Assembly (NCBI GenBank): GCA_022712975.1
Contig: JAFLJO010000072.1
Coordinates: 1,294-65,293 of the forward strand
DNA length: 64,000 bases
Reading direction: 5' to 3'
DNA from: Desulfocapsa sp.
Lineage (GTDB): Bacteria; Desulfobacterota; Desulfobulbia; Desulfobulbales; Desulfocapsaceae
In this document: positions 19,940 through 29,447 of the stretch, piece by piece
How the letters are laid out: each line of letters starts with the position of its first letter
Numbering within the stretch: position 1 is the stretch's first letter
Program-made: the position numbers and the translations under genes
Notes under the pieces: generated by a model
What the model saw: the letters and a program-made list of their open reading frames with translations, nothing else
Told to the model about the DNA's origin: nothing
Databases searched by the model: none

Positions 19940-20319
19940 TCATTCTCGTTATTTTTCCGGGTACCCATGGGGCTAATCTGATAATTTTCACCAAACATAA
20001 TTCCCATACCACCCGGTTCATTTCTGGTCACGATTCCTGTGGCACTGATCCACACACGTTTTCCTTTCCATTCCTTCAGCGTTTTGAGGGATACAATAAA
20101 TTTCAACTTCTGTAGATCTTCTAAAGAAAGCAGAAACTCCAGACGAACCTTACTTACCAGTGGTAGCGGGTGATCCGTTTCAATAAAGGCACCTCCAGCA
20201 CTGACATTCGCTGTTAGAAATTCCATCATCGGCGTTTTACCAGACAGCGTTTCTGCAGTCATCTTAGCCTCAATCCGCATGGAAAAACGTTCGTGTATCC
20301 TACGATCCTTTTCTGACAT
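19936..20319 (-). CDS. PilZ domain protein
   Basis: RRIHER (RxxxR) and NVSAGGAFI (D/NxSxxG) motifs. Confidence 0.75.
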   Translation of the reverse strand: MSEKDRRIHERFSMRIEAKMTAETLSGKTPMMEFLTANVSAGGAFIETDHPLPLVSKVRLEFLLSLEDLQKLKFIVSLKTLKEWKGKRVWISATGIVTRNEPGGMGIMFGENYQISPMGTRKNNEND

Positions 20320-20486
20320 TTCTTCTCCTCTTAAAAAAAACCCCTAGTACTGCCTGTTACCCATAAGCAGCACCGAACTCGGTTAGAATTCGCAACTCTA
20401 TATCTGAAAATAAGACTTCCGCTGGAAGCTCAGGTGATTCTCTACCCGGTAATGTGATTAACGTAATAGGGGGAAGTGTTTTTGTG

Positions 20487-21125
20487 TTATGCGATGGCTG
20501 CTCGGGCAAGGTTGGTAATTTTTTGGTAATCCCCCTGTTCCAGGGCATCCGTTGGTGCAAGCCATGAACCGCCAACACAGGCTACATTTTTCAGACTTAA
20601 GTAGTCTTTATAATTATCCGGTGAGATGCCGCCGGTGGGACAGAAAGTTGCCTGTGGAAAAGGACCGCCAAGGGCTTTTAGCATTTTGCTGCCACCTGCA
20701 GCTTCTGCCGGAAAGAACTTGAACTCCCGTAATCCGTACTCCATACCAAGCATCAACTCAGAAGCAGTTGAGATACCGGGGATGAGCGCTATGGAGCCGT
20801 TGATGGCAGCCTTGAGAAGGGTTGGGGTAAGTCCCGGACTGATGGCAAAAACACCTCCGGCTTCCGTTACTGCGTTTAGATCGGCTTCGGTGGCCACGGT
20901 TCCGGCACCGACAACGGCACCGGGGACTTCTTTGGCGATCCTTCTGATAGCCTCAATGGCCACCGGAGTACGAAGAGTAACTTCCAATACGTTAACCCCG
21001 CCCGCAACAAGTGCTTTTGCAAGGGGCACGGCATGGTCAATAGTGTTAATGACAAGCACCGGCACCACGGGGCCTGCGTTGAGGACATCCAAGGCAGCTA
21101 GTTTCCAGTTTTTTGTGTTTGACAT
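20487..21125 (-). CDS. eda: 2-dehydro-3-deoxy-phosphogluconate (KDPG) / 4-hydroxy-2-oxoglutarate aldolase
   Basis: Long runs match the remembered E. coli Eda sequence: [58 protein letters not shown]. Confidence 0.9.
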   Translation of the reverse strand: MSNTKNWKLAALDVLNAGPVVPVLVINTIDHAVPLAKALVAGGVNVLEVTLRTPVAIEAIRRIAKEVPGAVVGAGTVATEADLNAVTEAGGVFAISPGLTPTLLKAAINGSIALIPGISTASELMLGMEYGLREFKFFPAEAAGGSKMLKALGGPFPQATFCPTGGISPDNYKDYLSLKNVACVGGSWLAPTDALEQGDYQKITNLARAAIA

Positions 21126-21135
21126 AAAAATACTC

Positions 21136-21170
21136 GGTTTTAGGTGTTTGGTATTCGGTGTTCGGTTAAA
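21136..21170 (-). repeat. F1-type heptamer array only (GGTTTTA GGTGTTT GGTATTC GGTGTTC GGTTAAA)
   Basis: Five tandem 7-mers read directly in the edd-eda spacer. Confidence 0.7.
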
Positions 21171-21173
21171 GAC

Positions 21174-23003
21174 TTAGTTTTCATCTGTATAGGCAAAGAT
21201 GGAACTTGCCCCTTCTTCGGCACCGAGCAGATCCTTTCGTAGTGGAGCAAAAATCTGTCTGCCCAGTCCAGAACGGCTGGAATTGGGATCGTACTCATAA
21301 GGATTACGCTGCTCAAGTTCCTGTTCAGGTACTTTCAATTCTAAAATACTGTTATGAGCATCCATAAGTATTATATCCAAATCCTGCACCTTTGCAAGTA
21401 AACCTCCGTTAACAGCCTCCGGAGTACAGTGAATGGCAAAGGGAACTTTGCCGGAAGCTCCTGAAAGCCTGCCATCTGTAACAAGGCCAACTTTATGACC
21501 TCGATCCATGGTGATGGAAAGATAGGTAATCAATTTATGTAGTTCTGGCATACCATTGGAGCGAGGGCCCTGAAATCGAACAACTGCCACCATATCCCTG
21601 TTTAATTTATCCGCATTGAAGGCATCTTCGAGTTCCTGCTGACTGTTAAAAACCATGGCAGGTGCCTCAACAAAGGTCTTCTCCCCATCGGCAAGGGCCG
21701 AGATTTTCATGATTGCCCGGCCAAGATTGCCGGACAGTACTTTAATACCGCCCATTGTTTCAAAGGGGTCAGTTACTGTTGAAATGATTGTTGGATCTCC
21801 TGCCTGCTTAGGGCCACTCTTCCAAACCGCTTTGTCATTTTCAAGTACAGGAGCCTCTGTATATCTTGCAAATCCTTTTCCTGCCACGGTTTGCACATCT
21901 TCATGGATAAGTTCTCCTTCCAGTAATTCTTTAATAAGAAGGGCCATTCCCCCGGCCTGCTGAAAAGAATTAATATCACCTGAACCGTTTGGATAGATAC
22001 GCACAAGAAGGGGTGTTATATCTGAAAGTTCTGCAAAATCATTCCAGTCAATACGTATTCCGGCCGCACGGGCAATGGCAACCAAGTGCATGGTTTCATT
22101 GGTTGAGCCGCCTGTGGCCATAAGACCGATAATGGCGTTGACGATTGCTTCTTCACTGATAACCTGGGCAAGGGGTGTGTAGTTCATGCCAAGATGAGTA
22201 AGTGATGTGATTTGTTCGGCAGCAGATCTGGTAAGTGCATCACGCAATTTGGTACCGGCATTGACAAATGAGCTGCCTGGCAGGTGTATTCCCAGCATTT
22301 CAGCCATAAGCTGATTTGAGTTTGCTGTTCCGTAAAAGGTGCAGGTTCCGGGACTGTGATAAGCCTTGAGCTCCGAAACCAGTAATTCGTTGCGAGCAAC
22401 TTCACCTTGGGCAAAGGCTTCCCGAACCTTATTCTTATCTTTATTGGTAATGCCGGAAGTCATGGGCCCTGCCGGAATAAGAATCATGGGGAGATGGCCA
22501 AACTGCAAACCACCCATAAGGAGTCCCGGTAAAATTTTATCACACACACCGAGCAGGATGGCACCGTCAAATACATTATGGGAGAGTCCGATTACCGTGG
22601 ACATGGCAATCACATCACGGCTCATCAGGCTCATATCCATTCCCGCCTCTCCTTGGGTGACCCCGTCGCACATGGCAGGAACACCACCGGCAAATTGAGC
22701 ATTGCCTCCGGCTTTTGCAACAGATTTCTTAATGATTGCAGGATATTCGCCATAGGGCTGATGCGCTGACACCATATCATTATAGGCTGATATTATAGCA
22801 ATATTAGGGATGTCATCATCAAGAAGCGCAGTACGACAAGTACCGACGCATCCAGCAAGATCATGAGCCAGGTTGGAACAGGGAAGTTTATTACGAAAAA
22901 CACCATCGCCCTTTGCCTCCTCCACCCTTTGCAGGTAACGTTGACGATGTGATTTGCTCCGTTCGATGATTCGGTTAGTGACTTTTGTAACTGTTTTATG
23001 CAC
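21174..23003 (-). CDS. edd: phosphogluconate dehydratase (Entner-Doudoroff)
   Basis: VTNRIIERS, NIAIISAYNDM.SAHQPY, GGVPAMCDGVTQG, GVCDKI.PGL, TDGRLSGASGKVP.AIH: colinear with the remembered E. coli Edd. Confidence 0.9.
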   Translation of the reverse strand: MHKTVTKVTNRIIERSKSHRQRYLQRVEEAKGDGVFRNKLPCSNLAHDLAGCVGTCRTALLDDDIPNIAIISAYNDMVSAHQPYGEYPAIIKKSVAKAGGNAQFAGGVPAMCDGVTQGEAGMDMSLMSRDVIAMSTVIGLSHNVFDGAILLGVCDKILPGLLMGGLQFGHLPMILIPAGPMTSGITNKDKNKVREAFAQGEVARNELLVSELKAYHSPGTCTFYGTANSNQLMAEMLGIHLPGSSFVNAGTKLRDALTRSAAEQITSLTHLGMNYTPLAQVISEEAIVNAIIGLMATGGSTNETMHLVAIARAAGIRIDWNDFAELSDITPLLVRIYPNGSGDINSFQQAGGMALLIKELLEGELIHEDVQTVAGKGFARYTEAPVLENDKAVWKSGPKQAGDPTIISTVTDPFETMGGIKVLSGNLGRAIMKISALADGEKTFVEAPAMVFNSQQELEDAFNADKLNRDMVAVVRFQGPRSNGMPELHKLITYLSITMDRGHKVGLVTDGRLSGASGKVPFAIHCTPEAVNGGLLAKVQDLDIILMDAHNSILELKVPEQELEQRNPYEYDPNSSRSGLGRQIFAPLRKDLLGAEEGASSIFAYTDEN

Positions 23004-23133
23004 GAGATATCTCCTTATTTTGTCCTACAAATATGTGCAGTTCCGTTCCTTAAACATCATGTCACGACAAAAAAAACATAGGGTTACAAGAGCTTGTTAA
23101 TAGTTTGCTGATATCTCTTCGCCAGTATTAGCT

Positions 23134-24783
23134 CTACCGGGATGTAAAGTTGGTCATCAGATAGGTTCGAAGACTTATTTTTTTCTTATTGATACCCAAT
23201 TTTTTACGAAGATTATTACGATAGGTTTCAACAGTACGCAAACCAATATGAAGCATATCTGCGATGTCTTTGCTTGTTTTTCCCTGCCGTACAAGGTCGG
23301 TGATCATGCTTTCCCGGGGTGAGAGTTTCAGCATGATTTTTCTGGCTTTTGGTGAAAATTGATGGGTGATGGAGTCAATATGTGCTGCAATAATGCGTAT
23401 GGTTTCATCCTGTTTTTCAGTGACAGAAGATTGTCTGAGTAGATCGAGATAGGGGGTAACCAGTTCCTGTAGTTTGATGGAGATTTGTTCTTCCACGCTC
23501 TCCTTTGTTCGGGTGTGTTGATCCAGCATAACCTTGAGGGCAATATTGGTATCTTCTGCTTCCTTTTTTTTCTGCTCAATCTCAAGGAGTGCCATTTTTT
23601 GTTCGGTTATATTCTGAGAAATCAGCCCAAATCCTGTCTTTTGATTGTCACTGTTGCGAATACAAAAGACAGTTGTTGCAAGGTAGCGCAGGGTTTTGTT
23701 TGTCTGCTGCTGCATAACGAACTCATGTCGTCCGTTTTTATCGGCCTTTGCCACAGCTTTTTTAAATTGCGCAAGGTTTCCATCGTTTTCATATAAAATG
23801 GCCGCATTTTCACCTATGACATTTTCACTTGAGCAATCATAGAGCTTTTCTGCTGCCTGATTGTGAATAAGAACAGTTAATTCAGTATCCATAATGGAGA
23901 TAGCAATGTCTCCTGTGGATTGCAGCATACTGTCGAGAATGGCTGCTTCCTCTATCTGCTGTTTGACCTGTTCCAGTTGCTGGTCTTTTTGCTGGATAAC
24001 ACCTTTGAGGTGATCGGTATAACTGGTCCGCAAGCCTTTGACCATGTCGGTTTCCGTGATGATACCGACACAATGACCACTGCTGTTTGTGACAACCAGA
24101 CGCCGAAGTTTGTTTTTTGTAAGAGTTTTTGCTGCCTCATGGCTGGATACATCAGCACAAACTGTCTGTACCGGTGTGCTCATAACGTCCTGAAGGATGA
24201 TATTCTTTAAGTTTTTCTTTGAATGGATAAGACGAAGGAGATCCCGCTCAGTAATAATGCCTCGTGGGTAACCATTATCTTCCATTACCAGTGAACTGAT
24301 ACGGCGATCATTCATGAGTTTCAGCGCTGCATAAACGGAAAGGGAGGAATTAAGCGTAACAACATCCCGGCTCATCACCTGGCCCACACTCTTAAACTCC
24401 ATAAAATATTCAAGGCCTAAGTGGGAGAGGAAATCTGTGCCGGTGATAATACCCATAAGCAGCCCCTCATGATCGGTGACAACCAGATGGCGAAAGCGAT
24501 GTTGGAGCAGAAGCTGATATGCCTCCCGGTAATCCATGTCAACGGAAGCGGTTAAAGGAGGGCTGCTCATTACCTTATGCATCGGCCATGAGTAGTCGAT
24601 TGTTCCGCCTGCACGTATTTGAATGAGTGCCCGTTCGGTGAATATTCCTAAGGGTTTTCTCTTTTGGGCAACGATCAGAGCGCTTAGTCTTTCCTGCTCC
24701 ATGATTCCAAGGGCATGGCTTACGGAGTCGTCCGGTGTTACTGTGAGAACCGGTGCGGTCATTATGTCCTGGAGTGTTTCCAT
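23134..24783 (-). CDS. transcriptional regulator: 4x CBS, PAS and a C-terminal LuxR-type HTH
   Basis: Repeated CBS pairs (MT.PV.TV...), a PAS-like middle region, and C-terminal LSPRE..I..LV.QGKTSKDIA..L.I..RTVE.YR.NL..KLG. Confidence 0.8.
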   Translation of the reverse strand: METLQDIMTAPVLTVTPDDSVSHALGIMEQERLSALIVAQKRKPLGIFTERALIQIRAGGTIDYSWPMHKVMSSPPLTASVDMDYREAYQLLLQHRFRHLVVTDHEGLLMGIITGTDFLSHLGLEYFMEFKSVGQVMSRDVVTLNSSLSVYAALKLMNDRRISSLVMEDNGYPRGIITERDLLRLIHSKKNLKNIILQDVMSTPVQTVCADVSSHEAAKTLTKNKLRRLVVTNSSGHCVGIITETDMVKGLRTSYTDHLKGVIQQKDQQLEQVKQQIEEAAILDSMLQSTGDIAISIMDTELTVLIHNQAAEKLYDCSSENVIGENAAILYENDGNLAQFKKAVAKADKNGRHEFVMQQQTNKTLRYLATTVFCIRNSDNQKTGFGLISQNITEQKMALLEIEQKKKEAEDTNIALKVMLDQHTRTKESVEEQISIKLQELVTPYLDLLRQSSVTEKQDETIRIIAAHIDSITHQFSPKARKIMLKLSPRESMITDLVRQGKTSKDIADMLHIGLRTVETYRNNLRKKLGINKKKISLRTYLMTNFTSR

Positions 24784-24791
24784 GTGTCGCT

Positions 24792-25008
24792 TTATTTCCT
24801 TCCCAACAGAGCTGCTCCTGCGCTATTGCCTATTTCACAATATTCCGGAAAGTCCACCGTCGTTCCCAAACGATCAGCAACTTTTCGGATTATGTCTTCG
24901 GTCATGCTGAAGTCCTGCATGAGCGGCCTAAGTTTGGTTTGCATTTTCCAAGAGTACTGCGTCGGTATAGGTTCTGCCAGTGTCGATATCAATGATATAT
25001 TTTGACAT
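24792..25008 (-). pseudogene. remnant of an ASKHA/hydantoinase-like gene (N-terminal phosphate-1 motif and C-terminal end only, in different frames)
   Basis: 25008-24931 reads MSKYIIDIDTGRTYTDAVLLENANQT then a stop. The overlapping frame ends ...FPEYCEIGNSAGAALLGRK. Confidence 0.35.
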
Positions 25009-25187
25009 GTATTACTGTATGTGATTGTGTCGTCAGGTTAAAATATGCAGCCTCTTTAATACCATTCTTTTGCAAATTCCGCATTAAGCAAAGAATTGAT
25101 TGCAGTGAACTTTATGAGGAAATTTTGTTTTGAAAGGGGAGTGCGAATACGTTTTGCAGGAGGATTGAGGGAAGAGTTTGGTGGTGT

Positions 25188-25247
25188 CAATCAGAATTGG
25201 ACTCTTTCTGGAATACCCTAATCATTTTTTCTATGGTGCCAACGGTT
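25188..25247 (-). pseudogene. short fragment (..TVGTIEKMIRVFQKESNSD*) homologous to the remnant at 29143-29425
   Basis: The nucleotide match CTGGAAT..AATCATTTTTTCTATGGTG.CAAC.GGTTAG is shared with 29390-29432. Confidence 0.3.
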
Positions 25248-25368
25248 AGAAATATGGGGACACAATACCGTTGTGCAGATTTTCTGCGCTTAAATTGGTA
25301 TTGTGTCCTCAAGTCTTGGATATTTTAAACATTGTAGTTAGCTTTTTTGTAGAAGTCTGTCTTGGGGA

Positions 25369-25851
25369 TTATTGATCTGCAATCTCAATTCTGCGACCAT
25401 CGGCCGAGACATCAATATCCAATTTTTTGCCGCCTAGCTCACCCACAAATTCATAGCCCACAACCTTCTTACTAGCCGAATGGCTAGCTTCAATAAAACT
25501 CGGAGTAAAACCAGGCATCTTTTTTTCTATCGCTTTAATAACAGCTCTGGGAACCAGATCCAGGCTATACACGACTTCAAACTCTTGTATATCTCCATTT
25601 TCGAGCACATCGACCTCTACCTTCCGCCCATCTCCTAGTGTCCCCTGGATTTCGTATACCAACGTTCCATCATCTTCTTTTTCAGTATTGGCAGTATTAA
25701 AAGTCGCAGTGGGCAGTAATTTTTTAGCTTCAGACAGCAGGTTTTCCGGTACATCACTTAAAGGTATAATCTTCTCCTCACCTGCAATTGAGAAAGAGCA
25801 ATTTAAAACTAATAGTAATGCGCTTATACCAACAGCCTTTTTAATTTTCAT
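25369..25851 (-). CDS. periplasmic PepSY-like tandem-domain protein
   Basis: Start taken at MKIKKAVGISALLLVLNCSFSIAG (signal peptide). There are two similar about 60-aa halves (YEI.G...G.K.EVDV..NG / YEFVGEL.GKKLDIDVSADG). Confidence 0.5.
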   Translation of the reverse strand: MKIKKAVGISALLLVLNCSFSIAGEEKIIPLSDVPENLLSEAKKLLPTATFNTANTEKEDDGTLVYEIQGTLGDGRKVEVDVLENGDIQEFEVVYSLDLVPRAVIKAIEKKMPGFTPSFIEASHSASKKVVGYEFVGELGGKKLDIDVSADGRRIEIADQ

Positions 25852-26113
25852 CTTTACCACCCTGCTCAGATGTACCATCATTTTTAGACTTTCCAAACAG
25901 CTCTCGAAATTCATTAACAGCAACTCCCCAGAAACTACGCAGATTGTCGTATTTATGGTCGATTTGCTCCAAATATATTTCCAGGTTATCTATTGCCTCA
26001 TGCTGCTCACCTTCTTCTAAATGGTGCAGTTGTGTTTTTAACTGCTTTAAGGAATCTTCAAGATCGGAGATTCGATTGCTTAATTCATCTTTATTTGAGA
26101 TTGTTGAAATCAT
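25841..26113 (-). CDS. small coiled-coil protein, unknown function
   Basis: 90-aa ORF in an operon with the Na/Pi transporter. It has heptad-like acidic/Leu spacing. No recognisable family. Confidence 0.4.
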   Translation of the reverse strand: MISTISNKDELSNRISDLEDSLKQLKTQLHHLEEGEQHEAIDNLEIYLEQIDHKYDNLRSFWGVAVNEFRELFGKSKNDGTSEQGGKDEN

Positions 26114-26140
26114 ATTTTATTCTCCTTTATTTCTAACGTA

Positions 26141-27313
26141 TTACCAGCCGAAATGCTGACTCAATCCGATTAAAATTCCGGGTGCTACAAAAAATACTGA
26201 GCCAACATACGCAACTGCATATAACTTGTTTTTCACTGTTGCATCCGCTAACTTCTCAGCCGCCAATATCGGGATTTCCCTTAAAAAAGGTATACCATAG
26301 ATAACTATTACGCCGATCAGGTTATACATGAAGTGAATCAAGGCAATTTGTAATGCAAAAATGGCATTAGGCCCAGTAATTGCAGTTGCTGCAAGCAGAG
26401 CTGTGATACAGGTTCCAATGTTGGCACCCAGAGTAAAAGGGTACACTTGGCGAAGTGTAAAAACACCAGTACCGGCCAAAGGTACGATCAAGCTCGTCGT
26501 TGTAGACGAAGACTGAACTAACGTAGTGATCAACGTACCAGAAGCCATACCAGAGATTGGTCCACGACCTACCGCAGTATGCATAATCTTTCTCGCCCTA
26601 CCAACCATGAGCACTTTTAGTAACTTGCCAATCATAGTAATTACAAGAAGGATCATGGTAATGCCTAGCACTATCATCATGATTCCGCTAACCGTATCAG
26701 GTAGCAAGCCAAATACATTATCCTGAAGAAATGTTACCGGAGGTTTAACTAATGGTTTAATAAAGTTAAATCCCTTTGTCGACATGGCATCACCGCCTAC
26801 CATGAATTCTGCTAAAAAGGCACCAATTTTCTCCAAAAAGCCAAAAGCGATTTCCAATGGCAGAAATATGATTACACTGATGACATTGAAAAAGTCATGA
26901 ATCGTTGCTGCCGCAAAAGCCCGTCTGAACTCGTCCTCTTTTTTTACATGCCCCAAACTGACAATTGTGTTGGTAATTGTTGTTCCAATATTAGCCCCCA
27001 TTACCATGGGTATCGCTATGGACACTGGCAACCCACCAGCCACTAACCCAACGATAATTGCAGTCACTGTGCTAGATGACTGGATCAACGCAGTAGCAAC
27101 GACGCCAACAACTAGCGCAGTAATAGGATTACTAGCGAATGCAAACAGTTCTTTCGCCTGATCACCCGCTGCAATCTTAAAGCCACCGCCGATCAATGAA
27201 ACGGCAACTAACAATAAATACACCAGCATGGCTACATAGAACCACTGTAGCACATTAGAACTACTCGTGGATGAAGGGAGCTCTTTTTCTTGTTCAGTCA
27301 CTGTAGTGACCAT
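26141..27313 (-). CDS. Na+/phosphate cotransporter family (NptA-like) membrane protein
   Basis: Duplicated QSSS motifs (ALIQSSSTVTAIIVGL and TLVQSSSTTTSLIVPL); polytopic. Confidence 0.8.
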   Translation of the reverse strand: MVTTVTEQEKELPSSTSSSNVLQWFYVAMLVYLLLVAVSLIGGGFKIAAGDQAKELFAFASNPITALVVGVVATALIQSSSTVTAIIVGLVAGGLPVSIAIPMVMGANIGTTITNTIVSLGHVKKEDEFRRAFAAATIHDFFNVISVIIFLPLEIAFGFLEKIGAFLAEFMVGGDAMSTKGFNFIKPLVKPPVTFLQDNVFGLLPDTVSGIMMIVLGITMILLVITMIGKLLKVLMVGRARKIMHTAVGRGPISGMASGTLITTLVQSSSTTTSLIVPLAGTGVFTLRQVYPFTLGANIGTCITALLAATAITGPNAIFALQIALIHFMYNLIGVIVIYGIPFLREIPILAAEKLADATVKNKLYAVAYVGSVFFVAPGILIGLSQHFGW

Positions 27314-27374
27314 AATTATTTGCCTCCAAAATTGATTTTAAATTTGTACTGCATTTGATGGTAATTATAGAACA

Positions 27375-28691
27375 TTACATTAAAGGTTTTTGTAAACGAA
27401 TTTTAATTATCTCATTATCATCAGGTCGATTTGGATTACGCCCAATACTAAACGGATAATTATTGTCGTTAGTAAGCACCAATATATCTGGCGCAATAAT
27501 AGCCACTGCTTCAATAGTCACGAAAGGAAAACTAAAGACTTCCCCCAAGCCAATATCTCCTGTCTGGCCAGGAAATGAAATACTGTGAGGATCTGCAATT
27601 TTCATCAAGTCCGCAATTTCTTCTTTAAATACGTACCCATTTTCATCTACATTTCTGATGTTGATTTTATATAATTTTTTCAGCTCAGCGTCTTCCCCTT
27701 GCTTGCCGTCACGTTCTATCACTAAAAAATTCTCATCATCAATAGCAACGAGTTCACCAATAGCATTTTCAGCGCTCTCCATCTGATAATAAAACTTTTC
27801 ACCGGTATACTGCTCTGTATTCAAATCAAATTCATATATAATACGCTGTTTTGAATCTGCGACACCCATCAAAGCTTTTTCAAGCATTGGATAAAGCTTT
27901 TTCATGTCCGAACTCAATGCCATACCTTCAAAACCGCCACTACGTGGAAGAGTCGCATCTTTTTCATTTTCTATAAATGGGTTTTGTGGAGATTTAACCC
28001 CCGGCAACGACACTGGTGCTCCCAGTACTACTCCTTGCGCATCTGTCTGAAATAGAAATGGTCCAAACTCATCTCCAAACCAAAAAGTACCATCTGGTGC
28101 TAATTGAAATGATTCTATATCAAAATCTGCACCAGTTAAGTAACGCTCCGTTGTGTTCTTGTTTTGAATAGAAAAATTAATGAACCCGTTAGGATCTTTA
28201 AGCCTAAAATAATGTTCAATTTCAACTACACCTTTTATAAAATCCGGTCGGATTGTATAAACAGCCAAAATATAATCCGGCGAATTTTCTTTTGTACCAA
28301 AACCATTGTCCGACATTGCTAAAAAAGAGCCATCTTTCTGATATAAAATAGCTGATATTCCCTGAACAGGTTGCTTGTCTTTAAAGGGAGCAACCCTGCC
28401 AGAAAAAGAATTGGAACCAATATGTTGACCACTTGTAGGGCCATCAACAAAAGTATCTGCTGGTATCACAGCTCGCCCTACCAATTGGGCATCTAAAAGT
28501 TTCAAGGCTGTTTTGGAAGAATCTGCCGTAGCATTTCCTCCTGTGTGGGCAATTTCGCTGATTTCCTCACTCACCTTTTTCGTTGCCCATTCAACAACAG
28601 GTGGTACCACCACAGCAGGCTCCTGAGCGGAAACAATGGAATAAGTACTCATCATCCCCAAAAAAATCGCTATCGCTAATGTTTTTTTCAT
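27375..28691 (-). CDS. secreted esterase-like-activity-of-phytase family protein
   Basis: Start at MKKTLAIAIFLGMMSTYSIVSA with a GGAGG RBS. Contains the GGFEGMALS and LTNDNNYPF blocks. Confidence 0.65.
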   Translation of the reverse strand: MKKTLAIAIFLGMMSTYSIVSAQEPAVVVPPVVEWATKKVSEEISEIAHTGGNATADSSKTALKLLDAQLVGRAVIPADTFVDGPTSGQHIGSNSFSGRVAPFKDKQPVQGISAILYQKDGSFLAMSDNGFGTKENSPDYILAVYTIRPDFIKGVVEIEHYFRLKDPNGFINFSIQNKNTTERYLTGADFDIESFQLAPDGTFWFGDEFGPFLFQTDAQGVVLGAPVSLPGVKSPQNPFIENEKDATLPRSGGFEGMALSSDMKKLYPMLEKALMGVADSKQRIIYEFDLNTEQYTGEKFYYQMESAENAIGELVAIDDENFLVIERDGKQGEDAELKKLYKINIRNVDENGYVFKEEIADLMKIADPHSISFPGQTGDIGLGEVFSFPFVTIEAVAIIAPDILVLTNDNNYPFSIGRNPNRPDDNEIIKIRLQKPLM

Positions 28692-28702
28692 ATCAAACCT
28701 CC

Positions 28703-28875
28703 TTAAGAAACGTACACTGACACCGGTATTAGATGATGAACGGTAAGCCGGTACTCTTTTCAGTACCCCCTTGAGGGATATAAGTACCTTCACCAAATCC
28801 TTTCGAAGTCTGCGCTTACCTACTTGCCCTTGGTTCCGCCACCTGTACTTAAAAAAACGTTGCAACTTATCATTA
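28703..28875. repeat. F2-related degenerate copy (TTA-AGAAACGTACAC... interior CTTACCTACTTGCCCTTGGTTCCGCCACCTGTACTTAAAAAAACGTT)
   Basis: The left end and interior align with 32602-32680. The segment is flanked by the direct repeat TCAAACCTCC (28693-28702 and 28878-28887). Confidence 0.5.
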
Positions 28876-28921
28876 ATTCAAACCTCCGTATATATTTTGG
28901 CTCATCATGTCCCTCCTCTTG

Positions 28922-28999
28922 GAACATGATGCCCTGCGGGCAGAAGGTATTCGATATGCGGTTTTCGACAAGCAACATAGGAACAACTCCCACAGAAAC
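28922..28999 (-). repeat. F1 dispersed repeat, single arm
   Basis: GAACATGATGCCCTGCGGGCAGAAGGTATTCGATATGCGGTTTTCGACAAGCAACATAGGAACAACTCCCACAGAAAC. Confidence 0.85.
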
Positions 29000-29142
29000 C
29001 CATCTCTCTCAACCATACCAAATATAGGCGGTTTTTCTTTCTCAAGAGTGCCTCTACCACGAATACCCTTCAACCGATTTCGTCTAGGCTTGCTTAGAAC
29101 ATAAAAAAATTAGATTACTGTTACAGAAAGGTTATGAATTGA

Positions 29143-29425
29143 TCAAGAAGGCACTACTGGAGAGTCCGGGGGGGGGAAATCAGAATTTTTAAAACTGTTC
29201 AAAGTCTTCAGGAGAGTATCTATATCAAAAAGAACACCTCTATCATCCACATCAACAAATATCAGGTTTGCTGGTGGATCTTTCAGTACCTTACTCCTGA
29301 ATTCCTGTCAAACCAAGACTAGGGGGGATGACCGGATTACCACACTGTCTATTCCAAAAGACAGCCACCCGACGATCCGGCTCTGTCTGGAATGCTGGAA
29401 TCATTTTTTCTATGGTGGCAACACG
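29143..29425 (-). pseudogene. decayed, frameshifted ORF remnant (possible IS/transposase fragment) containing a G9 run
   Basis: Reads RVATIEKMIPAFQTEPDRRVAVFWNRQCGNPVIPPSLGLTGIQE* and then, in another frame, KVLKDPPANLIFVDVDDRGVLFDIDTLLKTLNSFKNSDFPPPDSPVVPS*. No intact ORF remains. Confidence 0.3.
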
Positions 29426-29447
29426 GTTAGTAAAGGTAGGTACGTTC

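Noticed and set aside
28824-29104. Near-identical peptides occur in several frames here and at 33250-33596 (EHDALRAEGIRYAVF.KQHRNNSHRN, MMPCGQKVF.MRFS.SNIGTTPTET, WELFLCCL.KTAYRIPSARRASCS), which looks like a small conserved protein family.
   Set aside because: They are translations of the F1 nucleotide repeat in different frames and strands. The conservation is at the DNA level, the ORFs have no consistent start or RBS, and other F1 copies are closed in these frames.
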